Shown: in pieces, positions 37,461 through 52,459 of the stretch
How the letters are laid out: each line of letters begins with the position of its first letter
Numbering within the stretch: position 1 is the stretch's first letter
The notes under the pieces: generated by a model
The model's input: only the letters and a program-made list of their open reading frames with translations
The model's database searches: none
What the model was told of the DNA's origin: nothing
Assembly (NCBI GenBank): GCA_047495785.1
Contig: JBLDXI010000056.1
Location: forward strand, 372,001-436,000
DNA: 64,000 nt
Source of the DNA: Lepidodermella squamata
Taxonomy: Eukaryota > Animalia > Gastrotricha
Reading direction: 5' to 3'
Program-made: the position numbers and the translations under genes

Positions 37461-38175
37461 TAAATTAAGCCATAAAAAACCTAAAAATGAATAAGGAAAT
37501 GTCAGTTTTTCAAAATTTATTAAACTGCGTAAATGCGAGTGTAAATCCAATTCCTATTATTATAAAATGAAGCTTTTTGATATAAAGTAGTGAATTATTT
37601 GCGATAAATTATTACTAATCCTAATTAGCATGCGAAGTCGTATAAAAACGATGTAGAAGGAAGAATGAATGAAATGTGCACAACCTCGTTGCTTTTCACC
37701 TTGATTCGATAAAAATTCACAACCGCAACAAAGATGAATTTGAATTGGCTAGAATAAACACAAGCCAATGACGCCTGAAATATTAGCAGTTTAACGTAAT
37801 ATGATTAGTGTTCAAGTATAAAAAAGCGCGAGTTGAGAAGTCACAACCTCAATTTCCCGGCAACAAAAATGTAGCTTTTGAGCCGATATATAGTGTTTCA
37901 TTTCCATCTCATTTACAACCAGTTCAAGTTTTGGCGAAATAGCAGTCTCATCAAACAAGCATAGAATTGGTTCATATAAACAAAAAAGTCAGCATCAAAC
38001 GCTCAAAGCATTCGTTCATTTGCTCAAATTTCGGAAAATTCAATCAGAAATCGCAAAAATTACTCCTAAATTGCAGAAAATAATAATTCTGGATTTTGAA
38101 TTTCATTAGAGTACATTTTTACGAATTTCTGAGCTACCGAAATTAGAGCAAATTTCGCTGTATCATAACATTTTT

Positions 38176-41100
38176 TCACACAAAAGTAGACATGCCAGAC
38201 GGGCCTTGAGGCTTGGCGTGAATAGGCGCACCCGACTGCTGGTCACCGGCGCCTTGTTGATCGCCACCCTGAGCCGGGGTCTGCGGCACCGCCGACCCAG
38301 CCCCGCCGCGACCGCCCGCATACCGGCCACCAGCCGCCGAACCAGGACCGGCCGGATAACCGCCCGGAGGCGCTGTTCCGAAGCCGTAGCCCCCAGGCGG
38401 GCCGGCCACGTTCGGCGGCGGAACAGCAGACGACCCGCGGACGTAGCCGTACTGCGGCTGCAACACGCCCTTGCCGCCATAGTCGTCCTTGTCCAACCCG
38501 CCGAGGTAGCCGCTCGAGCGTAGGATGCAGGCGATGATGAGCAGGGCGAGTAGGACCAAGACACCGGCGATGATGAGCCACAACCACGCCGCCCCGGCGA
38601 CGGAATCGCCGAAAACGGACGAGTGGCCGGTGGGCGTGACGAGTTTCGTCTCCGAGGTCGACTTGTACTCACCCGACTGGGCAACAACCCGGATTTCGTA
38701 CGTGACTCCGCCCTCCAGCTCCTCCAACAGCATGTGCGACAGCGTCGTCTGGCTGGTCGTGGTCCAGTCGGCGGCGCCGAGGCGCTTGTACTCGACGTAG
38801 TGCACCGACGACTCGATGGGCCCCGTGCCGGCGATCCACGAGATGTTGACGGCGTGTTCGTACACGGCCGTGATGCGGATCGTCGGCTCGGCCGGCTGGC
38901 CGTGCTGCGGCGTGTGCGCGTCGACGAACGCCGGGTCGCCCCTGCCCTCCGTGGTGACGGCCCACACGAACAGCCGGTAGTAGTTGTTCGGCACCAGGCC
39001 GCGCACCTCGGCCGTGATTTCGCGCAACGGCTCGCCGTTGTTCGCGTTGTTGTTGTCGAAGCCGGGCGGCGGGGTCACTTCGCCGGGCATGGCGATGTAG
39101 TTGGCGGGTACGAGCGGTTCCTGGAAGCGCACTTCGTCCAGGTGCAGGCCTTTGATTTGCCGGTAGCCGAGTTGGTAGCCAACCAGCACGCCGTTGGGTT
39201 GGCGTGGTCGTTGCCAGTGCAAGATCACGTGATCAGGGCCTGAAAACAAATGCAAAAATTGAGAAATAATCAAATGCATTCATCATTGCGAACAGAAAAT
39301 GATACATAGCGCACAATTTAATTTGAACATTAACAAAGAAATAATTAATCAAATTAGGAGAAGAGCGAATCTGGCTAAAAATTCGACTCCACAAGTAATT
39401 CACTATTTTAAACTGGTTCGGAAATCAAGAATTTTCTGACTTTACAATGTTTTCTCAATACATCTTTTGAAAGTTTCAAGTCATTAAGTCATGTTTAAAA
39501 AGCTGTAACTCAACAACTGCGAAGGAAAAATGTTCACAATTGTGCTCAACACTCCTGGTTAAGTCTTGGATAGCATTGAAAAGCTAAATAACTTCGCCCC
39601 ATTCAAACCAGGGAACCACTTTTAAATTTCCAGGTGTTTGTTCATATCTAGTTTACACAAAGATTTCGATTCATCGGCGCAAAAACATCTTTAAAATGCT
39701 TATAACTGCTAGGCGGCATTGTCGTGGTTTCAGAAGATTTCACCGTACGCCGTTCATAGTTTTGCGGCCAAATGCACGAGTATCTTTACTGGCGAATCAA
39801 ACTATGAACTGAATGCAATAGCGAGCTATGGGTAAGGCATAAGTTCAAATAATCCACAATTTTTATGAAGGGAAACTATGATAACAACTTCCAGCTTTAC
39901 GCAAACTTGAGCTTCCTAATCCTATTTGCATTTTAACTAAATTTTGTAAACAAATCAATTAAACAGCCTATGACTTGCAAAAAAAACAAATTCAGCACTG
40001 ATTTCACGTCAATTCTATTCCAAGAGTTCCAAGAATTAGTAACCAAATTGTTTACCTGTGCGGACGATGCGGAGTTCTCCGACCGGGCCAGGGCGGCCGG
40101 GCGGAGTGCGCATAGACTGGACGGGCGCTCGCGGGCCGGCGTAGTGCTTGTTCAACACGCGAACCGTCGCCTGGTACGCCGTGTTCGGCTGCAGATTGTA
40201 CAGCGTGTGCGTCTGCGGGAAGCCCGGGTCGTGCACGCCTGGCGGCCGCGTTTCGTACGGGTTGAAGCCCGACGGCCGGCCGGAGTCCGGCTTCCAGCGG
40301 TTGCCGTTCGAATCGAACCACGGCGTCAGTTCGTCCTTCGGGTCGGTCAGAATGATTTGAATTCGCTTCGTAAACGCCTCGCCGCACGGCTTCTGGTCGC
40401 CTCGACACTCGGGCCAGTACTCGATCTGGTAGCCGCGGAAGTAGCCGCGAATCTCAGCCTTCGACAACGCTACTTCGTCCCACTGCAATTTCGCTGTCGT
40501 CGATTTCACTTCGAGAACTTTGAAATTCGATGGCGTGATTGTAGGCGGATTCTCGCCGGAAAAACCGACTCGCCAATCGGGGTCGGGCGCTAAACCATTG
40601 CCGTTGCCAGCTTGAACCTTTATGTAAAAAGCCGTGTAAGCCTCGGGCACTGACTCCTGCGTAGGGTATCGATGCGTATTCCACTGCTGGACAACAGCCG
40701 TTCGTTCGGGCGGATTTCGGCCCTGTAAATATTCCAGCGCATTGACGAAAAATAAATTGTAGGTGTACTGTGGCCCGGCCTGGTCCATGGGCTGCACAGG
40801 CTTCCAGCCGATAACCAATCGATCAGAACCCTCGTCCAAAGATCTGACATCACCCGGATTCTGGCTCGGGGTTGCATCTCGGGTGTAACAAATCGAAGAC
40901 GGGGCGGATGGTACTGATTCTGAAACGTAATTCACCGCAACAATGCGGAATGTGTAGTTATTCCACGGGGCCAACGAAATATTCCATTCAGTAGCCAGTG
41001 GAGGCACGACAGCGGCTGTAATCCAGTCGAGCGGGGCGAAGGTCGTGTTGTATTGAATGATGAAATTCGTCAACTGGGCCTGGTTGTCTTTGCCGGGTGA

Positions 41101-43126
41101 CCAGCGGAGAACGGCGGTCTTCTGCGTGCAAACTCGAACGTAGAGGTTGAAGGGCGGGTCGGGCCAGCCTCGGATCAACAACTGAGCACTAGCATCAGCG
41201 CAATCAAGGCCGTTACACGCCGAACAAGTGTATGTTCCTGCAAGAAAATAATTGGATATATATTTTCAAAAGTTTTATTGCCATAGGTATCCAATAATGA
41301 GTCAATATGGCTGAAATCAACCTACCAGTGTCCTGAGGGATGGCACCACTGATAACCAGGGTGTTATCCAGCTCGTTGTGATAGAAACGTTGCAGCAATT
41401 CGTAATCAATCGGTACCCAGTCCTTTTTCCACGTAATCTGCAGATGCTGTTGCTCTAAGATGTCCGTCTTCGCAGCACAAGTCAATTTTACGTCCCGCCA
41501 CATGAAATTCTGCGTTCCCAGTGGCGGCTGGACAATCTCAGTCGGCCGTCTCACCGTTAATCGACACCGCCCAGTTGGCGAGACGAATCTTTTCACTCCA
41601 TCTATTGTATTCTCAGCGTCACACGTGTATATACCCGCGTCGACCTGATTCGCCGATCGAATTTGCAAGTCTCCGTTTCGCATGATTGAATAATGACCCC
41701 CTGAGATGACCTCGCCGTCTTTACGCCACGTAACTTTGGGCATGGGCGCTCCGAAAACTCGGCAAGGGATGACCATAGTCTTACCCTCGGCGACTTTCAA
41801 CTGATCTGGCGGTTTTTGAACCCACTCAGGCGCTACTGAGAGCACGTTAAGCATGGCGTTCTTATGAAGCCAGCCGTTCTTGTTAGATGCGTTGCATTGA
41901 ACGACCATGGTCGACTCCTTCACGATATTAGTGACTGTCATTCGATTTCTCGGCCGAGTTTCGACTGTAATACGCGTCAAATCGACCAGAAAATTGCCCT
42001 TATCCGTCGAGCCGCCCTGCCATTCCTTCCCGTTGATGTACCAAGTAATGGTAGGTTGAGGCACTCCGTAGGCGTTGCAGTCAAAAATAACTGTTTCACC
42101 AACTGCGGCAATTGTATCATGAGGCATGTCATCAGCCGATACCCACATCGGCCGGGAATTTACGGTCAGAATGAATGGCTGTTGAACAGGCTGGCTAGTT
42201 TCCTCATTCAACCCTTCGCACTTGTATTGGCCTGCATCGTCCAACGTCACGTTATTAATCAGCAGTTCTTTACCGAACTGGCGGAAAGAAATACGCTTGT
42301 AACGCGACGTGTCTAACCTAGTCGAGCCTTTATACCAGTAAACACGAGGTGTGGGGTTACCGGCGAAAATGCAAATAAAACGCGCCTGTTGCCCCTCCAA
42401 GAACGTGGTTTCAGTCGGAGAGTTGTACAACAGGGAAACCTTTGATTTTTGCGTTGACATAGGGCTGATATCTAGAATCGTATCAAAACCGTAAGCGGTC
42501 ATACGCATGTAAGAATTGTAGACTTGGCACTGGTAAATTTGATCCTTCTGTGAATCCTCCTTTTCAACTGATGAGAACCATAAATTTCCTTCGTAATCCA
42601 ATCCAATTCGCTCCGTCAGTTGAATCGGACGGATACCAACGTCCTTCCTGTTAATAATCCAAGTAACTGTGGTCGATTTCGTAGGGTAAGATACAGGCGG
42701 TACGCAGTTGAGTTTCAACCACTGTCCAGGAGATGATTTCAGAACAACTGGCGACATTTGTGGGAAACTTTGCAAGGTAGCGGCTTGCAGCGCAATTTTT
42801 GGCGATGCCGCTGTTCCGAATCCGTTAGTGGCAAAGCACTGATAAAACCCTTCATATAACGTATTAGGGTCCTTGATTTTTATCGTGCCTCCCTGGCCGT
42901 CAATACGGGCTACTTTGCCCATTTGAGCACCTTCGTCAAAATATTGTCCGTTTCTCTCCCAATAATAGGTCGGCTCCGGGTTTCCTTCAGCAATGCAGGT
43001 TAATCGAACGTCTTCAGTACCCTTGAAGAATTCCTCCATAGCAGGCCACGCAGTTAAACGTGGAGGTGATGTAGTTTGCAACGACGCTTGAACATATAAC
43101 AAAAGTAACAACGATAAGCGCAACAT
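38176..43126 (-). CDS. L1-family cell adhesion molecule (neuroglian-like), 3 coding exons, about 1348 aa
   Basis: Exons 43126-41326, 41237-40056, 39239-38176. Signal peptide, 6 Ig domains, 5 FNIII domains, a TM helix (WLWLIIAGVLVLLALLIIACIL) and a tail ending STFV. Confidence 0.9.
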
Positions 43127-44472
43127 TCCTAGCTGTTGCGTTGTTACCTAAATGAATCAGAAGGTATCATTAATGCAAATATCGCAATACGTACTACTCT
43201 GTTCACACCTCACTCTTCATTGATCAAATAATGAAGAGACGGTGATAAAAAAAAAGATGCCGTTCCTCTCGAATAAAAATTTGATAAGTAGAATACTGCC
43301 ATCAAATGGAGGAATGTGTCATAGAATGATTCATTTAAATGATTTCAACCGCATAAACAAATCGTATGTTGCCGTTGCAACATAATATACTCAACATATT
43401 TCAAGGAAAAATTTAACGCCGGGAAAAAAAGAGCCCGCATCATAGAATAAAAGTAGTTTAGACTGGACGAGTATCTAGCAAAAACGTCCGGTTTAAAACA
43501 AGTCAGGTCTAGCAGGCAAACAGAATCCAAGGCCTGTTAAAAACCTATGCAAGCCACTGAAAACCGTCAGGTAAACAAATATTCAAGCTTGCAAGTCTAG
43601 ACATCACAACTGTCACTGTACCTTTCTTAACAGATAATTAAAATCAATAAGCAATTGAAATGAAACACCCAACAGGTATCAGGGACGTTAACAAGAAACA
43701 ATAAATTTACGATCCTCCTCCCTCCTCCGTCGTTTGGCTGTAAAAACACACGAGCCGCCGGCGAAAAGCAAGTGCCAATTTTGATATAATTTTCATTTCT
43801 GCTTGACAGCGTTAAAAATTAAATAGCTGATCAATAAATAATAACTTGAAACCAATGAAATGAAATTTTTACAAAAACTTTGCCGCAGGAGAATTTCCAA
43901 CAAAAACGGAAAGGATTTTTGTTTTCAGCAGATGCGGTTATAGCGGCGTCTTGGAACCTCTTGATGAACGAGGCGAGACGCTAGACGCGACCCAGTTAGC
44001 GCCAACGCCAATGAAGAAGGGCATCTATCATCTTCTTGGAAAGTTAAATGTCAATTTGGAATATTTATTGCTAGGGTGCTTCAAATGCCTTGTCCCTTGT
44101 CCTGTGAATTAGGTTATGGCTTTGGTGCCAGCCCGGGTACATTGAGACATTGGTATAATGCATCAAAACAAACTGAATGGATATATTGCGTTGAAGTCTT
44201 AATTGCATAGTTTCAAGTCACTAAATCCAAACCCTAAATAGCAAGGGCACCAAACACCAAATTTTGCAATTTTGCTGTTCAGATGTCTCGTGTCTCCTGT
44301 CTCCGTGCCGTTATCTGCTTCTATTCCAATTTGAACGTTTGAATTTGAAAATCTAGCTTCTGACAGATGAAGGCAACTTCAGTTTATTGCATAGAAGCTA
44401 GAACCGTGAACATGGATCCGAATTTTTTAAACTAGTTAACATTTATTCAGAAAAACTAGAGGTCTGACTTGA

Positions 44473-45218
<746 letters not shown>

Positions 45219-45637
45219 ATCAGCCCGTGTTTTTTACGAAAGACTACCCCATCTCTATGATATATAAATATAATAACTCGACCGCGCGTTACCATCTAAT
45301 ATGAATATTAGTACCTGTTCGTTTTGTATATTTAATTAATGGCCAGAAGTTTCTGTTTGTTGATAATTATAATAATATTAATGACAATAATGGGATTAGA
45401 TGACAACACTTATTGCTGACTGCGCTTTGGGTGAGAAATATGCTCATCATTCTCGAAGAATGTGTCTAAACTTGAGCACTTTCAAAGTATTAAAGCGCAT
45501 TCACTGTCGTTGTTCCACCAACAGCTTCATGTTGTAAAAAAAAACTTGTAACTGCTGTACAAAAATTCAGCAATGAAGTAATTGTTTTGAGTAACTTGTT
45601 GCTCTCTTTTTTAGACTCCTTGATTAGTTGTTAGACA

Positions 45638-48600
45638 ATGGGTGGAAATCAAAGCGTTCCTGCCGAAATTCCCGGTGGTGGTACCGAGGGCTATCACGTG
45701 CTGAAGGTTCAAGAAAATTCGCCTGGTTATCTCGCTGGACTCGAACCGTATTTCGATTTTATTGTCGCTATCAACGGCGTGCGACTGGTGAGTTTTTCTC
45801 AGTTTAGTTTTCAGCGTTGCTACGCGTCGTGATGTCTTTGTTTACGCAAAATGCGAGCTGACATTAGTCTATTATAACCATTCAGGGTCATAACTGAGCA
45901 TGGCTATGTTTGCTCTTGTTTAGATTGCTATTACCCCGCAAGATGTTTGTTAGGTCTCTGTTCTAGTTTTTACTTTAATTCACAAAATAATTCTGATTAG
46001 AAATTCTATATTCTAGTAGGACTGGTAGTTACGCACTTCACCGATTTTTTTATATATGGAGAACTCACATTTTACAGGGAGATGATTTGTGATTTGATGT
46101 TTGTATTTCATGTCCTGGCCAATTAACAAGTCAAGTCAAGTTTTTTTCGAAGTATGACGTATATATCGAAAGTTCACAGCTTTTCGATTAACAAAATATA
46201 AAACAAAGATTTTTAGAAATTCACTTTTTAAAAGTTCATTGAATTGGAATTTTCGCTGAAGTATTAACAATTGATAACATATGCCTATTTTTGCGTATTT
46301 TGCAGAACCAAGACAACGACGCGTTGCGGGAGAACCTGGCGAAATTTGCGGAGCAGGCGGTGGAACTGACGGTGTACTCGTCGAAGGGACAGACGGTGCG
46401 GCAGGTGTCGCTGACGCCGAGCGCGCACTGGGGCGGGCAGGGCCTGCTCGGCGTGTCGATCCGCTTCTGCTCGTTCGACCGCGCCGCCGAGACCGTGTGG
46501 CACGTGCTCGAGGTGCACCCGGGCGGGCCGGCCGACCTCGCCGGCTTGCGGCCCTTTACCGACTACATCATCGGGTCGGACCAGCTGCTGCACGACGCCG
46601 ACGACCTGTACTCGGCCGTCGAGGTCAACGACGGCAAACCGATTCGCCTCTACGTCTACAGGTAATCATAATGAAGGGCTTGCCTTCTCAATAGCTTCTC
46701 CCCCTCATTCTCATTTGTGTGATTTCTCATTTGTAAAACGATACTTCAAACATAAAAAGGCTTGTGTCTGATTAGAAAAGTTTTCCTCATTCCTTGAATG
46801 CAACTTGATTGAATTTATCCACGATCCAGAACGAAAAGATGAGAAGTGCAGCTATTTTCAGGAATTGGCGAACATTTAGCAAGGTATTTAGCTAGTAGTT
46901 GTTTCGAGATTAGATTTTGAATTGTATTGCGGTCTCAAATGCTCAAATTTGATTTTTGAGCGAGCGCTAAATCCACGCTTTGGCCAAGCTTTGCTCATTG
47001 GAATGCAAAATGTTACTTCCCCCAACTCACCTATTTATTCTTGGAAAACATTCAGCCGAGATGGGCGATGAAAAGTATCCGTCACCATCGCCTTACCTAG
47101 TTGAAAAATTGTTGAAAGAAACAAGTCCATTCATGTTATAGTCTTTTCGGAGCGCAAAAATCATCCGCAAATAAGTGTAAGCCGAGACGTTGCACATCCA
47201 ATTTGCCGTAATCATTGACTTCGTCTGCAGGCCAAAATGCCGATTGAAACAAGACAGGAACTTCAGAAGCAGGAAATTGTGTGTCGATCTCGTGTCTCCT
47301 AAAGCGAGTTGATGTAATATATAAAATCTACCCTGGTTTAACGAATAGAGATGTCCATTAGGATTCGTTTTTCAAAGATATCAGTGTAAAGCTGTATAAG
47401 AAGAAGTTTCTCAACTGCTGTGAAAATGAAGCCGGGATTGCTATAGCTTGGGTCTTCAAACACTTTCTGTCTCTCAAAAACGCGTTTATTAAACCGAAAA
47501 AATTATTTTAACTGTGCTTTTGTTGTTGTAGCCTGGAGACGGACACGTGCCGCGAGGTGGTGCTGACGCCGAACTCGTCGTGGGGCGGCGAGGGCTCGCT
47601 GGGCTGCGCCATCGGCTACGGCTACCTGCACCGCATCCCCATCCACGTCGTGCACCAGGACGCGGCGGCGCAGCAGCAACTCGTCGACGCGCCGCCACCA
47701 CCCCCGCCCGCCTCCGGCAACTACATGACAACCAACGGCCACGGGCACAGCCACGACGGCCACGGCCACTCGCACGACGCCGCGTCGTCGCACGGCCACT
47801 CGCACGGTTCATCGGCGTGTGACGGCGGCCACGGCCACTCGCATGGCAGTGCGCCATTGCCGCCGCCGAGCTACGCAGCCGCGCTATCGCACCAGCAGCA
47901 GCAATCTCAGCAGCAAGCGCCGGCCCCGCCAGCGCCCATCGCCCCGTTCCAGGCGCCGGTTCAGACGAGCGAGGAGCCGCCGAAAGCGCCGGCACCAGCA
48001 CCAGCACCTCCCGCGGCTGATCAGCCAGCGCTGGCCCTAGACTCGCAGAAGGCGCCGTTGCCGTCGTCGAATCAGCCGTTGTTGATGCCGATGATGCCGC
48101 CGCCCGCCGCCCTCGCCGGCATGTTCAACCCGAACCAGGCCGGCCAGCAGCAGCAGCAAGCGAATGCAGGTGGCGTGCAAGGCCAGCAGCAGCACCAGCA
48201 ACAGGTGCCGTTCTTCCCGCCGCCGCCCAGCCACGCCGGCTACGTGCCGCCACCCGGCATGCCGCCCATGCCCAACCTGCCGCCCGGCGCCCTCCCGCCG
48301 CCGCCTGCTTCCTTCAGTAAGTTCACTCTATTTCACTCATTTACGCATCATTGCAAATTTCTCGAACAAATACGAAATCGCAACGTGGTTAATTGCGAAA
48401 ACACTTGCTCAGCACCGTCCTCGTCTAATCGATTGTCGTCATAATTATTGACCTATGATTGTGATTTCGTAAATGTATTATGCTTGAATGTCTGACTAGT
48501 CTTGGAATAAGTGCGATTGATAGCCGCTTTGATTCTCGATTCAGTTCGACCTTGGTGAATATGAAATTACAGACCTGAAACTGAAACCGAAACTCGATGG

Positions 48601-48956
48601 TCTTGGTGAACGACAGCAGTTGAAAAAATATTTGCACGTATTCATTCGACTTTCTTTATATTCAAATGCACGAATTCGATCAAATTTCAGTGTTATTTTG
48701 TTTGGGGAGTCGAAGTTAGAAATACCTATCGTTATTGATGTTTAGTAACTTGAAATTAGTAATCTAATTTTTTAATTTGTTTGCAGTGCCGATCTTCGCT
48801 GGCGTTCGGCCGCCAATGCCGGGACAAATGCCGCCGATGCCGCTGTTCATGCCCGGCTCGGGCGCCCCGCCGCCCTTCCTACCTCCGCCGCCACCGCAAC
48901 AACAGGCGTCACCTGGGCGACAACATCAGGAGCAGCAGCAGGCGGCTTCTTCCTAA
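45638..48956 (+). CDS. GORASP2: Golgi reassembly-stacking protein (GRASP55/65), 4 exons
   Basis: Exons 45638-45787, 46306-46661, 47532-48316, 48787-48956. Myristoylation-type start [50 protein letters not shown] and a Pro-rich tail. Confidence 0.93.
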
Positions 48957-51558
48957 GAAAAAATAACAACTACGCTGATAAAACAACAAATTATTTATTA
49001 AAAAATCTTCTATGACTATGTGAATGCGTTAGCTATATGTGGATCATTGAATGCATGTGTGAGTTTGGCTGCTTTCGAAGCTAGCCGGCTCTAAATCTCG
49101 CGTTTGTTTTGTTTTAGCAGGGACATCTACTGCTGCTTAGAACAGCAGCGAAAACTGACCTGAATTCGGTCTTTCTCATATGTGTATGTTCTTATTATGT
49201 CTATCAATCAGTCAAATGTGCGAGAGTTGTGCAGCCTGCTGTAAAAAAATTGGGAAAGTCGGTGAGACCGTGCAATTGAATGCTGTCAAAATGGCAGTCT
49301 CCTGTGGGAAAAACGTATTTATTCGTCAATCCGAGTAGTATTTGTGCTCTGAAACGTGTCGTCTGACGACTGAGCTGACCAAACTGAAATGAGTGAAGGA
49401 ATCAACAAAATTATTCATGTTGTGTCACTTCTACTACTACCAATCATCTTTATTGCGGTTGTCATGTCTATATTACTATTGTCATTATGATGATGTTGAA
49501 TCCGGCTCAGGAGACCACAGGTCATGAGTATGTATGGCCTGCATTGTAAACTATTACCTACAATAATTACTATAATTACTATTTACGAAATATATATCAG
49601 TTGAGGATGATGACGATGATGATGCAAGTAACGGTGCCAGGGCATAATAAAATTATCGAAAATTATCGGTCACTTGATTATGACCTGTTAAGAAAAAGGT
49701 GTCTGGTGATTCAACATTTGTTGGAAGCAGAAAATGAAAATTCGATTTGGTAAATTGAATTGCATCGTTTGACTATGAATGTCTGTAGCAAAGATGTAGC
49801 AAAATCAGATTGGTGGATTAGGGAAACGCTAGGTCGCCGTCTTCCGCCGCCAAATTTTACCAAGAAAACCGTAGATCAGTTTTAATTTGTGAAATTCGAG
49901 ATTATTCAGACAGGGATATGTACACTCAGATGATGCGGCAAATATGTTGAAAAGGGCATTCAAATTCGATAGATAACATGTTGAAATGCTGGGGAAATTA
50001 GCTGGCCAGAGCGATTCCACGTACAAGTGGCCAGTGTAATTCGGAGCAAATGAGAAAATACGGTCATGTTGTGCTATTTCGTTGACTTGAAGGCTATGAG
50101 ACTACAGTCAAATAGCCTCGCCAGTCCCCATCTTAACGTGGATCTCAAATCTCAAAGCTCAAACGGTTTCGGCGGGAAGATGAGTCTTTAAAGCCCTGAT
50201 TAGATCATACCGTTAAACCTCTGATCCCCCTGCAAGCAAATTGGATCGTTGGCCAGAGAAAAGTCTTAACATTGAAGACAATACCATGAAGCCAATGAAG
50301 AAAGCCATGAGCCATGAGGTAACGATTTGGGCATTAATACAAAATATCATCCCACATCAATCAAGGGCGGCCTTGGATACGCGTCTCGATCAACCGCGCC
50401 AAATGGTTTTCAACTCATAAAAAATTTTAATGTACAACAATAATTCAGAATTAATTTTCAATTATTGTATTAGTTTGTATGGTTTGACTTCGAAAAATAT
50501 AGAGGGTGCAGGATCTGGGACCTGGCGACCCGTTCAGAGAGGCCAGAGTGAGGGGCAAAAATCCCTGATGGAAAATGGAAACCTTGCCGGCTGTGCTTTT
50601 ACCTTGTTACTTGTCGCCACTGCCAACTGCCAACTGCGATCTACTTTTCACGTTCCACATCTGGCTGCTAGCTTTCTCTGACTCAGATCTCCTCGCAGAC
50701 TTGGTTGCCCATCAGAGTTCTCGTTGCCTGCTTTCGTTCACCTGTAGGCTAAGCATCTAGAACCCTTGCGACTTGCGACAAATGTGTGACACACTAGATG
50801 GATGGATTTATAAGCCCAATCGCCAGTTGCCCGACGATATGCTTGGGCTTCAGTTTGAGAGCTTAGAACCAGATTCACCGCTATGGCGATGTTTTACACG
50901 GGCCGAGTGGCACAAAGGAGTAGAAAAATATATTACGGATCTAAAACTGCATTTAACCACAATCCAGGCGAATAAGATGCGGCATAGCCTAACTAGCTAT
51001 TCTAGTTGTAATCTACACAACTAAGTATTCCGAGTTTATTTTTGACAGAAGTGATCTTATATCTGAATGTTTTTTCCGTTTAATTTAATTTGCAATTACC
51101 CAATGTTTTACAATTTGTTTCTTGATTGTTTCTTGATTGTTCATTCCCGATTTTTTGATAAGGTGGCAACACTACCTCACTTTAATTGCTTTGATTGGGT
51201 TACGAGCCGAAAAACGAGCATCTGTTTTATTTTGTCTTTGTCTTTGGACATAACCAATACAACCAAAAAGGGGAAACATTTAAAATGATCATCCAGGCTT
51301 GGACGCAGTTTTCGGAGACGGATGGAAGGCGGCAGCAGAAGAGTTATCAAATGTAGTGGGTTACCAGACTCCGCATGTAGGGAAGACAGCGAGGGAAGAT
51401 GGAAGATGAGTAGAATGGAAGAGCTGGGAGACCAGAGTGGGGGGTTTCGAATGTGTGAAACATCAGTAGATGATACCATTGGAGCTTGGGTTTATTTTGT
51501 CGGCTTCATATTAATTATTTTCCTTTCATTCCAAGGCATTTAGATTTGTTAATTAACC

Positions 51559-51969
51559 ATGAAGCTTGTGCGATTCCTGATGAAACTGTCCCATGAGACA
51601 GTGACGGTTGAACTGAAGAACGGTACTAAAGTTCACGGCACTATCGCCGGCGTCGACGTCGCCATGAACATGCATTTGAAAACCGTGAAAGTAGAGACCC
51701 GAGGCGGCGGTCCTGCGACTCAACTCGACGGCCTCAGCATCCGCGGCAACAACATTCGCCAAGTCATTCTACCCGATGCGTTACCTCTCGATACCTACCT
51801 CGTCGATGATACCCCGAGAAGTAAGGGCAGAGGCCGAGGCCGTGGAATGGCTCGAGGCGGCGCGGCACGTGGCGGTCCTCGAGGTGGCCGAGGCGGTCGT
51901 GGAGGCCGCGGCGGCAGAGGAGGACGCGGTGGTGGCGGCGGTCGTGGTGGACCGCGTGGTGGTCGCTAG
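51559..51969 (+). CDS. SNRPD1: Small nuclear ribonucleoprotein Sm D1
   Basis: [23 protein letters not shown]...LSIRGNNIR plus an RG/RGG tail. Intronless; AATAAA near 52129. Confidence 0.96.
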   Translation: MKLVRFLMKLSHETVTVELKNGTKVHGTIAGVDVAMNMHLKTVKVETRGGGPATQLDGLSIRGNNIRQVILPDALPLDTYLVDDTPRSKGRGRGRGMARGGAARGGPRGGRGGRGGRGGRGGRGGGGGRGGPRGGR

Positions 51970-52334
51970 TCGATTCATTTCTCTGGTCAATGACGTTCAA
52001 CCCGGCTCATCGAAATCGTGTGATCAAGTTGACTGCTGCTGCTGCTCATTTAACTCTCTGTTATGGTCGGTTGTACTTGTATCATTCGTCATCGTAAACA
52101 AACGCCTATTATAGCTTTGCATTTTGGCAATAAAATTGTGTTTTTTATTCAATCGCCTTGTAATCATTTACTGAGAAAAGTACCTAGAGGCTCTGTTTCA
52201 TTCAGGAAACTAGGCAACGAAAGTTGACGAACTAAGGCCTGTTTTAACGCAAGTCTAACTCGTTTAGCTTCTTCGTCGAAAGTTCGTTCTGTAAAGGAAA
52301 TTGCGCATTTCTAACAAAAGGGAAAATCTAATGC

Positions 52335-52459
52335 TACCAAATTTAATTTAGTTCAAAGCCTAACCATTTTATTAGGTTATTCGAGTGGTTAAGGTTATGT
52401 TAAGGTTAGAGGTTGGGTCTTAAAATTGGCGACTTCGAACTGATTGGATTAATTTGGTA
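52335..52459. repeat. Small degenerate inverted-repeat element with GGTTA-rich interior
   Basis: taccaaatttaatttagttcaaag pairs imperfectly with cttcgaactg...attaatttggta; the interior is ggttaaggttatgttaaggttag. Confidence 0.35.

Noticed and set aside
49830-51060. Coding-like stretch between GRASP and SmD1
   Set aside because: Multiple stops and no identifiable family; possibly a decayed transposon.
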